Positions 26,525 through 35,180 of a DNA stretch of 48,098 bases are shown piece by piece. Position 1 is the stretch's first letter; each line of letters opens with the position of its first letter. Both the position numbers and the translations under genes were made by a program. The stretch spans positions 1 to 48,098 of the forward strand of contig JAAZOP010000458.1 in the NCBI GenBank assembly GCA_012797735.1, written 5' to 3'. The notes below the pieces were generated by a model. It made no database searches. It worked only from the letters and a program-made list of their open reading frames with translations, and was not told the origin of the DNA. Origin of the DNA: Myxococcales bacterium. Its GTDB lineage: Bacteria; Myxococcota_A; Polyangia; DRWM01; JAAZOP01.

Positions 26525-28138
26525 TCAGCGACCCCGACCCCGGCTTCGGCCCCGGTTGCCGCCGCCGGCGGGGGTGGTGATCACGGTGGGACCCGGCGGC
26601 CCGGCGGGCTGCACGACCACCGCGCCGGGGCGATCGCGGTCGCGGCCGTGCCCGCGACCCCCACCGCCCACGACGACCGGAGCGGGCGCTCCGCCGCCCA
26701 CGACGACGGCACCGCCGACGTGGACGCCGGGCAACCCCACCGTCACGGCCGGCGGCTTGACCACGACCGCGGCGCCGCCGCCCACCACGACGCCGCCGCC
26801 CACCACGGCGCCGCCGCCCACGGCGACCGTGGGAAGACCGACGACGATCGTCGGTTCGGGCGGCGTGACGACGACCACGCCGTGCCCGCGGCCGCGGCCG
26901 TGGTAGCGGACGCGCCCCTTGCGGTCCACCCAGGCCCCGCGCAACTCGACCAGCGTCGGGGCCAGCTCGGCGCGCATCGCGACCCGGGCCTGGACGGCCT
27001 GCTCCCAGGTCCGCAGGCGGACCCGGCGCGCCGGCTCAAGCCGCGCCTGGCGCGGCACGTAGACCGCCGGAACCCAGGCCTGGCGGGCCAGCAGGAAACG
27101 CGCCCGAGGCGTGTCGAGCACCACGAGCCGCTCGGGTCCGACCGCGGCGACCAGCACCTGCGCGCGCGTCGCGATGCGGGCGCGCCGGAGCTGGATCTGC
27201 GGCGCCCAGTACGGCTGCGCCTCTACCAGCAGCACCGGTGCTTCGATCCGCTCCGGCGCCTGGATATCGATCTCGTAGCGTTCGATCAGGTCGTCCGCCT
27301 GGCGGTCGGTCCAGTCGGCCCAGCGGTCAACGAGCACCGGCTCGACCTGGACGGTCTGGATGCCGGCGGCGGGCACGATCCGCACCGCCGCCGGGACGCC
27401 GGGCTCGGGGGGCGCGACGACCTGCACCGCATCGCCGGCGCGCACCTGCACGCGGCCGTCGAAGACCGCCACCTGCGACCCGTCCAGGCCGCCGCCGACC
27501 TCCACCGCGTACACCGTCCCCTGCACCTCGGTCGTCCCGGACGGCGTCGACACGCGGAACGAAGAGCCCTCGGCCGTGTTCGGGGCGGCGTGGATGCGAA
27601 CCGTGCCGTCCAGCACGGCGAGGTCGATCTCCCGTTTTTCGCCGTCGAACGACGCGGTGCGGATCAGCAGCTCGGTCATTTCGCCGAGATCGACCGCCGA
27701 CCCGTCGGGCAGGTCCAGTTCGGCCTGCGCCTCGGGCTCGACCACCAGCACCGTCCCCGGCAGGACCGTCGCCCCCTCGGCGACGGGATGCGTGCCGTCG
27801 CCGTCGATCGCCTGGACGGTTCCCTTGACGTAGCCGAGGCGCGGGGGCTGGATTTCGGTCGGCTCGTCCGGCGCGGCGGCGGCCTGGTCGCCAGCCTGGT
27901 CGCCGGGCGGTTGGCCCGTGCCGGCGGCGACCGGCTCGGCCGCGCCGCCGGACGCGGCGGATTCCGTCCCTCCCCCGGCCGGCTCGGCGGCCGGCGCCGT
28001 CGAGGGCTCGCCCTTGGCGAACGGGTTGGCCCCGCTCCCCGACCCAGCGGCCGGCTCGGCGCCGCCCTCCGACTTCTTCTCGCACGCTGCGGTCCCGAGG
28101 GCCAACAGCACGACCACGATTCCCGACAGATGCCTCAT
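26525..28138 (-). CDS. FecR-domain lipoprotein with Gly/Val-rich, RG-flanked C-terminal tail
   Basis: ATG 28138 after GGGGAGG. Signal VVVLLALGTAAC. FecR-like core GATVLPGTVLVVEPEAQAELDLPDGSAVDLGEMTELLI...LDGTVRIHA...FRVSTPSGTTEVQGTVYAVEV. Confidence 0.75.
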   Translation of the reverse strand: MRHLSGIVVVLLALGTAACEKKSEGGAEPAAGSGSGANPFAKGEPSTAPAAEPAGGGTESAASGGAAEPVAAGTGQPPGDQAGDQAAAAPDEPTEIQPPRLGYVKGTVQAIDGDGTHPVAEGATVLPGTVLVVEPEAQAELDLPDGSAVDLGEMTELLIRTASFDGEKREIDLAVLDGTVRIHAAPNTAEGSSFRVSTPSGTTEVQGTVYAVEVGGGLDGSQVAVFDGRVQVRAGDAVQVVAPPEPGVPAAVRIVPAAGIQTVQVEPVLVDRWADWTDRQADDLIERYEIDIQAPERIEAPVLLVEAQPYWAPQIQLRRARIATRAQVLVAAVGPERLVVLDTPRARFLLARQAWVPAVYVPRQARLEPARRVRLRTWEQAVQARVAMRAELAPTLVELRGAWVDRKGRVRYHGRGRGHGVVVVTPPEPTIVVGLPTVAVGGGAVVGGGVVVGGGAAVVVKPPAVTVGLPGVHVGGAVVVGGGAPAPVVVGGGGRGHGRDRDRPGAVVVQPAGPPGPTVITTPAGGGNRGRSRGRGR

Positions 28139-28222
28139 GCGAACCTCCCCTTCTCTCATCCCCTATCCTCCCGAGACGGCCGCATCTTACGCCGAACCGG
28201 GCCGTCCTTCCGGGTCCGGAGC

Positions 28223-29302
28223 CTAGACGTCATCGAGGTAGATCGCGACCTCGGCCTCCCGGACGTGCGTGTAGTCGAGGGTCACGGCGGTGAGCACGAT
28301 CCAGATCCAGCACGAGTGGGTGTCGCATTCGAGGTGGCCGACCGGGGAGGTCACGTCGCCGTACCACATCTCCTCGCGGTCGATGTTCGCGATCAGTTCG
28401 CCGGCGGAGCCGTCCCCGGCGTCGAAAGAGATGTTGGCGCCGTTGCCGAGCGTGCTGTCGTCGAAGGCGTAGACGAAGACGCTGACGTCCGTGACGCAGC
28501 CGGCGAGCAGCGCGTCGAAGCTCCAGCCGGCGTAGACGGTGGCGTCCGAGCCGGGGACGACCCCGGAGCTGAGGAGGATCCAGGGGGGGCCGAGGTCCGG
28601 ATCGGGGCTGATCACGTCGCCGAGCCAGACCATCTCGTCGCCGTAGATCGTGCCGAGCACCAGCCAGCCGTCGCCGCAGCGCGGCTGGCAGACGGCGTCG
28701 CCGCCGACGCAATCGTTGTCGAACCCGTCGCCGCAGATCTCGTCGGCGCCGGGATGGACCCAGGCGGCGGAGTCGTCGCAATCCGGGCCCCAGCAGCCGG
28801 CCCCCGTGCCGTAGCCGTCGCCGTCCTCATCGATACAGGCCGGGGGACACGGCAGGTCCCCGCCGTAGCAGTCGTTGTCGATCCCGTCGCCGCAGATCTC
28901 GCCCGCCCCCGGGCGGATCGAAGCGTCGGAATCGTTGCAGTCCGGCCCGCGGCACAGCGGCCCCTCGCCGTAGGTGTCGCCGTCGGCGTCGCGGCAGCGG
29001 GAGGTGTTGCAAGGGTCGTCGCCGCCGAAGCAATTGTCGTCGGTCCCGTTGCCGCAGATCTCCTGCGCGCCGGGGTTGTCCCACGGGTCGTGGTCGTCGC
29101 AGTCGAGGCCCGCGAACAGGCAGGCCGGGTCGGGCCGGGAGCCGTAGCCGTCGCCGTCGAGGTCCGGACAGCCGCCCTCGTCCCCGTCGCAGGCGGCGGC
29201 GCAGGCCGCGACCAGCGACAGGATCCCGAAGACCGGGCCGGAGCGCCGCTCCGCCGCTCCTCGGCGCCTCGACGTTCCCCCCGCCGGCCCGCGAGATTCC
29301 AC
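28223..29302 (-). CDS. lipoprotein with three MopE-like 'putative metal-binding motif' repeats
   Basis: Signal [12 protein letters not shown]. Three copies of D-x-DGDGYG...C..PDCDD.D....PGA.E.CGDG.DNDC.GGD..C. The C-terminal ~150 aa have no recognised domain. Confidence 0.75.
   Translation of the reverse strand: MESRGPAGGTSRRRGAAERRSGPVFGILSLVAACAAACDGDEGGCPDLDGDGYGSRPDPACLFAGLDCDDHDPWDNPGAQEICGNGTDDNCFGGDDPCNTSRCRDADGDTYGEGPLCRGPDCNDSDASIRPGAGEICGDGIDNDCYGGDLPCPPACIDEDGDGYGTGAGCWGPDCDDSAAWVHPGADEICGDGFDNDCVGGDAVCQPRCGDGWLVLGTIYGDEMVWLGDVISPDPDLGPPWILLSSGVVPGSDATVYAGWSFDALLAGCVTDVSVFVYAFDDSTLGNGANISFDAGDGSAGELIANIDREEMWYGDVTSPVGHLECDTHSCWIWIVLTAVTLDYTHVREAEVAIYLDDV
28688..29164 (-). repeat. 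three ~50-aa MopE-like metal-binding-motif units
   Basis: aa 47-205 of the 28223..29302 product, read from the translation. Confidence 0.8.
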
Positions 29303-29357
29303 GCCACGGCAGGATAGCCTCGGTCCCGAGGGTGCGGCAAGCGCGGATGCCGCCGAT

Positions 29358-29387
29358 TTGACACTGGCGCAAGGGGGCCGCTACGTT
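29358..29387 (+). promoter_or_regulatory. sigma-70-like promoter candidate for the Ser/Thr kinase gene
   Basis: TTGACA (29358-63) - 18 nt - TACGTT (29382-87), 30 nt upstream of ATG 29417. GGGAG SD at 29402-06. Confidence 0.4.
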
Positions 29388-29416
29388 GGGTCTTCCGGCC
29401 GCGGGAGCCGGCACCG

Positions 29417-31381
29417 ATGGAGTTGCAGGAAGGTTCCACTTTCGGCCCCTATCGGATCGTCGCCCGGATCGGGCGCGGCGGCATGGCCGAGGTGTACCTG
29501 GCGCAGCGCACGGGACCCGGAGGGTTCGCTCGCGACCTGGTGATCAAGCGCATCCTGCCGCACCTGGCGGAGGACCAGGAGTTCGTCCGGATGTTCGTCA
29601 ACGAGGCGGCGATCCTGGCCCGCCTCACCCATTCCAACGTCGCCCAGGTCTACGACTTCGGGCGGATCGATGACAGCTACTACCTGGCGATGGAGTATGT
29701 CCGCGGCACGTCTCTCGACCGCCTCCTCGCCGTGTTCGCCGGCGAGGGGCTGCCGATTCCGATCGCCGTCCGCATCGTCGCCGACACCGCCCGCGGCCTC
29801 GCCTACGCCCATCGCGCCACCGACGCCCTCGGCCGGCCGCTCGGGATCGTCCACAGCGACATCAGTCCGAGCAACATCCTGATCTCGTTCGAGGGCGAGG
29901 TGAAGCTGATCGATTTCGGCATCGCGCGCGCCGGCTCCCAGCACTCCGAGCACGGGGCGCTGAAGGGCAAGGTCCGCTACATGTCGCCCGAACAGTGCCG
30001 CGGCGAGAGGCTCGACGCCCGCACCGACATCTACTCCCTCGGCATCGTCCTCTGGGAAACGCTCACCGGCCGCAACCTGTACGACCAAGACCAGCCGGTC
30101 GAGGTGCTGACGGCGGTGCTGGAGCAGCCGACGCCGCCCCCGAGCGAGCTGCGCGCGGACGTCCCGGAAGCCCTCGACCTGATCGCCCTCCGGGCGCTCG
30201 AGAAGAACCCCGCGGCCCGGTTCCAGCGCGCCGAGGAACTGGCCCAGGCGATCGACCTGTTCATCGCCGAGCAGCGGATGCTGGCGAACCAGCAGGTGCT
30301 CGGCGAACTCGTCAGCAGCCGGTTCGCCTCGACGCTCGTGATCTCGATCCGCGACGAGGCGCCCCTGCCGGCCTCCCAGCGCCCGGCGCCCACCGTGCGG
30401 GCGGTGCCGGGCCTCCCGGCGGAGACGCCGCCGCCGCGCGTTGCGACGGGGCGCGAGGCGGCGACGGTGGCCGAGGTTCCGGCGATCCAGTCGCCCCGCA
30501 GCGCCTCGGCCTTCGAGGTCGCCCCGACCCTCGCCGAGACGCAGGGCCTGCCGCCGCCGGCCGCGACGCCCCTGCCCCCGCGCGTCTCGGCCTCCCCCTC
30601 CGCCGCGGCGCCCTCGACCTCCGTGCTCGTCGCCGAACCCCTCCGCAAGCCCGCGACCGGCGACTCCGCCGACCCGCGGCCGGTGGCGAGCGTTCCGGTC
30701 ACGGCGGCGCGGGTCGACGTGCGGGCCCCGGCGCCGGAAGGACTATCGGCGAGTTGGCGAAGCTGGAACCGCGGGACGCGCTGGGTCCTGGCCGCCGCCG
30801 TGCTGGCTGTGGTCGCCGCCTTCGCCTTCCTCGCCTGGCTCGGCATGCGCGATCACCGCGCGGCCGCTCCCGGAACCCGCGTCGCGGCGGGACCCGCCCC
30901 CGCGGAGTCCACCCAGGCCGCCCCGCCGAAGCAGGCCGGCCCGCCCCTGGCCGGCGACGCCCCTGGAGCGTCGCCGGACGCGGGCGGGGCCGATCCCGCC
31001 GAGGCCGCCGCCGCCAAGGAGGTCGACGCCGGACCGGCGGCTTCGCCCGAGGCGGGCGCGGTTCCGGTCGATGCCGCGGCCGGACCGCCCGACGCTCCGG
31101 CGGAGGCGGCCGATTCGCGGGACGCTCGCCGGCGCGACGGATCGGGCTTGCCGGCACCCACCGCGGCCTACGGCCGTGCCACGATCGACAGCCGTCCCTG
31201 GTCGGTCGTCTTCCACCGCGGCCGGCGGTTGGGCGAGACGCCCGTGATCGATGTCGAACTGCCCGCCGGCAACCAGCCGCTCGTGTTGATCGACGGCACC
31301 GGCCGCCGCTACGAACGGACCCTGCGCGTCCTGCCGGGCCAGCTCGTCCGCACCCGCTTCGACCTGCTGGAAGAGCCGTGA
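29417..31381 (+). CDS. Hanks-type Ser/Thr protein kinase, single-pass, with C-terminal PEGA-like domain
   Basis: GRGGMAEVYLA (G-loop), VIKRI (Lys), HSDISPSNIL (catalytic loop), DFGIAR, SPEQ. TM segment VLAAAVLAVVAAFAFLAWLG. C-terminus ATIDSRPWSVVFHRGRRLGETPVIDVELPAGNQPLVLID. Confidence 0.95.
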   Translation: MELQEGSTFGPYRIVARIGRGGMAEVYLAQRTGPGGFARDLVIKRILPHLAEDQEFVRMFVNEAAILARLTHSNVAQVYDFGRIDDSYYLAMEYVRGTSLDRLLAVFAGEGLPIPIAVRIVADTARGLAYAHRATDALGRPLGIVHSDISPSNILISFEGEVKLIDFGIARAGSQHSEHGALKGKVRYMSPEQCRGERLDARTDIYSLGIVLWETLTGRNLYDQDQPVEVLTAVLEQPTPPPSELRADVPEALDLIALRALEKNPAARFQRAEELAQAIDLFIAEQRMLANQQVLGELVSSRFASTLVISIRDEAPLPASQRPAPTVRAVPGLPAETPPPRVATGREAATVAEVPAIQSPRSASAFEVAPTLAETQGLPPPAATPLPPRVSASPSAAAPSTSVLVAEPLRKPATGDSADPRPVASVPVTAARVDVRAPAPEGLSASWRSWNRGTRWVLAAAVLAVVAAFAFLAWLGMRDHRAAAPGTRVAAGPAPAESTQAAPPKQAGPPLAGDAPGASPDAGGADPAEAAAAKEVDAGPAASPEAGAVPVDAAAGPPDAPAEAADSRDARRRDGSGLPAPTAAYGRATIDSRPWSVVFHRGRRLGETPVIDVELPAGNQPLVLIDGTGRRYERTLRVLPGQLVRTRFDLLEEP

Positions 31382-31388
31382 CGCGCGG

Positions 31389-33689
31389 TCAGTCCTGCAC
31401 GCAGTAGACGAGCCAGCCGCTGTTGAGCGGCCGGCCGTCGGTCGTCGTGGCCGACGGGAGCGAGGGGATGCACGCCACGACGTCGGGCTTCCAGGTCCCG
31501 CGCCCGGTGCTGCCGGCGGGGCAGCCGCCCGCGGCGCCCGTGCAGTCGTCGGAGGCGATGTACAGACCCTCGCGCGTCGTGCGCGAGCACAGTTCCATCC
31601 AGCCGCTGCGCCGTTCGGTGCCGTTCCAGGCCACCCCGGAGGGTCCCCCCACGCAGCTCACGCCATCGACCTTGAACGCCGCGCGCGAGGCGTAGCCGGA
31701 CGGGCACCCCACGTACGGTCCGCCGCAGTCGTCGCTCCCCGCCGCGAGCAGCACGTCGTCGGTGGGCGAGCAGAGCGTCATCCATCCGGCGTCCAGCGCG
31801 TAGCCGCCGTAGTCGCTGCCGGTGGATCCGGGGTCGCCGCACGGGATGCTGTCGACCTTGAAGCTGCCGCGGGGCGCGTAGCCGGGCGGGCAGGTGCCGC
31901 TGGTCCCCGTGCAGTCGTCGTAGCCGTGGGCCAGCAGCGAGAACCCTTCATCGGTGACGCCGTCGCAATCGTCGTCGACGAAGTTCAGCGTCTCGGCCGG
32001 CGGCGTGCAGGCGCTCCACGTGCAGGTCGCGGAGCAGGTGCGGGAGCCGATCGTCCCGCAGGAGGTCGTGCACGAGCCCGTGGACCCGCGCACGCAGGCG
32101 AACCCGTTGTCCGCGCCGCCGACGCAATCGTCGTCCAGCCCGTTGCAGACCTCGACCGGCGGCGTGCAGCCGCCCCAGGTGCAGGCGGTCGAGCAGATCC
32201 GCGTGCCGGTCGTGCCGCAGGTGGTGGTGCACGGGCCCGTGGCGTTCCGGCAGCAGCCGAAGTCCTCGTCGCACAGGCCGTCGCAGTCGTCGTCCGAGCC
32301 GTTGCAGCTCTCCGCAGGCGGCGCACAGGCGCTCCACGCGCAGCCGCCGGAGCAGGTCTGGCTGCCGGTGGTGGAACAGGTCGTCGCGCAGGCCCTCGTG
32401 CTTCCAACGCAGCAGGTCCAACCCTCGTCGCAACTCGTGTCGCAGTCGTCGTCCCGTCCGTTGCACAGCTCGGCCGGCGGGTTGCAGGGGCCCCAGCTGC
32501 AGCCGGGACCGCAGGTGCGCGTGCCGGACGTTCCGCAACTCGCGGTGCAGCTTCCGCTCGTCCCCAGCACGCAGCCGAACCCCTCGTCGGTCAGCGTGTC
32601 GCAGTCGTCGTCCAGGCCATTGCACGATTCGGCCGGCGCCGTGCAGCCGCTCCAAGAGCAGGCGGTCGAGCAGGTCCGGACGCCGGTCGTCCCGCAGCTC
32701 GTCGTGCACGTGCCGGTCGCCCCCCGGCAGCACTCGAAGTCCTCGTCGCAGGCGCCGTCGCCGTCGTCGTCGACCCCGTTGCACGCCTCGGCGGTGGCCG
32801 AGCAGACGCCCCAGGTGCAGCCGGCGATGCAGTTGCGCCGGCCGGGCGCCCCGGCGCCCGTGGTGCAGCTCTCGCTGGAGCCGAGCACGCAGCCCAGGCC
32901 GTCGTCCGCGGCGCCGTCGCAGTCGTCGTCCAGGCCGTTGCACGCTTCCGCGGGCGGCGTGCAGCCCGCCCCGGCCGGCGGTTCGCAGGCCAGCGTGCAG
33001 GAGCCGGCGCCGATCGAACCGCAGGTGGTCGTGCAGTGCACCGTCGTGCCGATCGCGCACCCGAAACCCTCGTCGACCGCCCCGTTGCAGTCGTCGTCCG
33101 CCCCGTTGCACGTCTCCGTGTCGGACGTCCAGCTGCACGCGTACTCGCACCCGGGCGCCCCGTCGAGGTCGCGCCAACCCTCGCGGCAGGCGAGGCCGCA
33201 CACGCCGTCGAGGCACGCGCCGTCCGCGTGGAGGGCGCCCTCGCAGGCATGGTCGCAGGCACCGCAGTGGTCGGCGTTGCTCCGCAGGTCGACACAGGAC
33301 GCCCCGCACAGCGTGAGAATCCCGGAGCAGGCCGAGGCGCAGGCGCCCTCGTTGCAGACCATGCCCTCCGGGCAGGCCAGGCCGCAACCGCCGCAATGGT
33401 CCGCGTTCGAGGTCGGATCGATGCACTCGTCGCCGCAGCGCACGCGTCCGGGCGGGCACGGCGGAGGCCCGTCCTCGACCGCGTCGCCGTCCGCGTCCGC
33501 ATCGGCCCCGTCCGCGTCCGCGCCGGTCTCGCCGGCGGGTCCGTCGGACGGGCCGTCGGCGTCGGCCGCATCGGCGCCGCCGGGATCCGGGGCGCCGGCG
33601 TCGTCCGGCATCCCCGTGCCCCCGGTGGCGCACGCCCCCGCCAGCAGCACCGCCAAGCCCCACCAGCCGGTGTCGACCGAACGACCCAT
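31389..33689 (-). CDS. secreted Cys-rich repeat lipoprotein: Stig1-like motifs, 8x MopE-like ~53-aa units, 3x C-terminal four-Cys modules
   Basis: Signal WWGLAVLLAGAC, D/A/G linker, CIDPTSNADHCGGCGLAC and CVDLRSNADHCGACDHAC motifs, then the repeats (see the repeat feature). The stop is 7 nt from the kinase stop (convergent). Confidence 0.85.
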   Translation of the reverse strand: MGRSVDTGWWGLAVLLAGACATGGTGMPDDAGAPDPGGADAADADGPSDGPAGETGADADGADADADGDAVEDGPPPCPPGRVRCGDECIDPTSNADHCGGCGLACPEGMVCNEGACASACSGILTLCGASCVDLRSNADHCGACDHACEGALHADGACLDGVCGLACREGWRDLDGAPGCEYACSWTSDTETCNGADDDCNGAVDEGFGCAIGTTVHCTTTCGSIGAGSCTLACEPPAGAGCTPPAEACNGLDDDCDGAADDGLGCVLGSSESCTTGAGAPGRRNCIAGCTWGVCSATAEACNGVDDDGDGACDEDFECCRGATGTCTTSCGTTGVRTCSTACSWSGCTAPAESCNGLDDDCDTLTDEGFGCVLGTSGSCTASCGTSGTRTCGPGCSWGPCNPPAELCNGRDDDCDTSCDEGWTCCVGSTRACATTCSTTGSQTCSGGCAWSACAPPAESCNGSDDDCDGLCDEDFGCCRNATGPCTTTCGTTGTRICSTACTWGGCTPPVEVCNGLDDDCVGGADNGFACVRGSTGSCTTSCGTIGSRTCSATCTWSACTPPAETLNFVDDDCDGVTDEGFSLLAHGYDDCTGTSGTCPPGYAPRGSFKVDSIPCGDPGSTGSDYGGYALDAGWMTLCSPTDDVLLAAGSDDCGGPYVGCPSGYASRAAFKVDGVSCVGGPSGVAWNGTERRSGWMELCSRTTREGLYIASDDCTGAAGGCPAGSTGRGTWKPDVVACIPSLPSATTTDGRPLNSGWLVYCVQD
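31941..33116 (-). repeat. eight tandem ~53-aa (about 159-nt) units E-x-CNG-x-DDDCDG-x2-DEGF-x-C-x2-G-x4-C-T-x2-CGT-x-G-x-R-x-C-x3-C-x-W-x2-C-x-PPAE
   Basis: E.CNG.DDD motifs at aa 192, 248, 301, 354, 407, 460, 513 and 566 (the last is degenerate: ETLNFVDDDC). Confidence 0.85.
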
Positions 33690-33812
33690 GACCCACCTCC
33701 GTTGAAAGAAGAGTAGCCGGTCGACGGGCGATAGACCACCCCGGAGCGTGTGGCGGCCGCTCCGTACGGTTGGCCCTTCCCTCCGGGCCGCAAGTTCCTA
33801 TACTGAGCGGTC

Positions 33813-35180
33813 GTGGGCAAGCGACCGTATCGTTCCGAGGAACAGACCAAGGTGGACCGGGAGGCCGCCGGCGGCCGGTCGCCCGAGCCGGTCCGCTGCT
33901 CGCTGTTCGTGATCGATGGACCGTCCTGCGGCCGTTCGGTGCGGGTGGGCCGCGACCCGGTGACGGTCGGCTCCGCCCCGGACTCGGACTTGGCCCTCGA
34001 GGACCCCACCGTCTCCCGCCACCACGTCACGGTCCAGGCGGTGCCCGGCGGGTTCCAGGTGACCGACCAGGGCTCGACGAACGGCACGTTCTACGAGGGT
34101 TCGCGGATCACGCAGGCGGTCGTCGGGCCGGGAGCGGTGCTGCGCGTCGGCCGGACGTCGCTCGTCCTGCGCCCGGACGACAGCGTGGAGGCGATCGAGC
34201 CGTCGGCGCGGCAGGCCTTCGGGGACCTGGACGGCGTGAGCCTGGCGATGCGCCGCCTGTTCGCCGTGCTGGAACAGGTGGCGCCGACCGACAGCACGGT
34301 GCTCGTCGAGGGCGAGACCGGCACGGGCAAGGAGCTGGTCGCCTGGGCGCTGCACCAGGGCAGCCCCCGCCGCTCGGGACCGTTCGTCGTCTTCGACTGC
34401 GGCGCGGTCCCGCGGGAGCTGATCGAGAGCGAGCTGTTCGGGCACGTGCGGGGCGCGTTCACCGGGGCCACCGCGGACCGGCCGGGGGCGTTCGTCCGGG
34501 CGAACGGCGGCACGGTGTTCATCGACGAGCTGACCGCGATGCCGCTCGAACTCCAGCCGAAACTGCTGCGGGCGCTCGAGTCGCGCGCGGTCAAGCCGGT
34601 GGGCAGCGATCACCCGCGCCCGGTCGACGTGCGGGTCGTGGCGGCGTGCAACACCGACATCGAGGCCGAGGTGCGGGCGGAACGGTTCCGCGCCGACCTG
34701 TTCTATCGCCTGTCGGTGGTCCACGTGCGGATCCCGCCGCTCCGCCGGCGGCGCGAAGACATCGCGCCGATCGTCCGGCGCATCCTGTCGCGGCTCGGAA
34801 TCGCCGACCCCGGACCGATCGAAGGCCCGAACCTGGAGCGGCTCACCGCGCACGCCTGGCCGGGGAACGTCCGCGAACTGCGCAACGTGATCGAACGGGC
34901 CGTCGCGCTCTCCGGCACCCGCGCGCCGCGGTTCTGCGACCTGCGCCTGCAGATCGGCCCCGCCGTGCAGCAGGAGGAGCTGCGGGTGCGCACGGAGTCG
35001 ACGTTCGCCGAGGCGAAGGAGGAACTGACCGCCTCGTTCGAGAAGCGGTACCTCGCCGACCTGATGGAACGCTGCCACGGCAATATCTCGCTCGCCTCGC
35101 GCGTCGCCGGCCTGGACCGCAAGCACCTGCGCAAGCTGCTGCGGCGGCACGGGCTGATCCCGGGCGGGGAGGAGGAGTGA
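33813..35180 (+). CDS. second sigma-54-dependent activator with N-terminal FHA domain (paralogue of 1777..3108)
   Basis: GTG 33813. FHA VSRHHVTVQAVPGGFQVTDQGSTNGTFYEG. GETGTGKE, GAFTGA, TVFIDELT. HTH NISLASRVAGLDRKHLRKLL. Confidence 0.9.
   Translation: MGKRPYRSEEQTKVDREAAGGRSPEPVRCSLFVIDGPSCGRSVRVGRDPVTVGSAPDSDLALEDPTVSRHHVTVQAVPGGFQVTDQGSTNGTFYEGSRITQAVVGPGAVLRVGRTSLVLRPDDSVEAIEPSARQAFGDLDGVSLAMRRLFAVLEQVAPTDSTVLVEGETGTGKELVAWALHQGSPRRSGPFVVFDCGAVPRELIESELFGHVRGAFTGATADRPGAFVRANGGTVFIDELTAMPLELQPKLLRALESRAVKPVGSDHPRPVDVRVVAACNTDIEAEVRAERFRADLFYRLSVVHVRIPPLRRRREDIAPIVRRILSRLGIADPGPIEGPNLERLTAHAWPGNVRELRNVIERAVALSGTRAPRFCDLRLQIGPAVQQEELRVRTESTFAEAKEELTASFEKRYLADLMERCHGNISLASRVAGLDRKHLRKLLRRHGLIPGGEEE

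Noticed and set aside
28211-28223. 12-mer GGGTCCGGAGCC shared between 28212-28223 and 37848-37860, resembling the half-site of the 1678-1729 palindromes
   Set aside because: Repeated 12-mers are expected by chance in about 96 kb of two-strand, GC-biased sequence. There is no inverted-repeat partner at either place.
23032-29317. ORFs 23032..26580 (+) and 26159..29317 (+), over 1000 aa each
   Set aside because: They are antisense to the PHP, FecR and MopE-like genes. Their translations are dominated by R, G, P, D and H runs.
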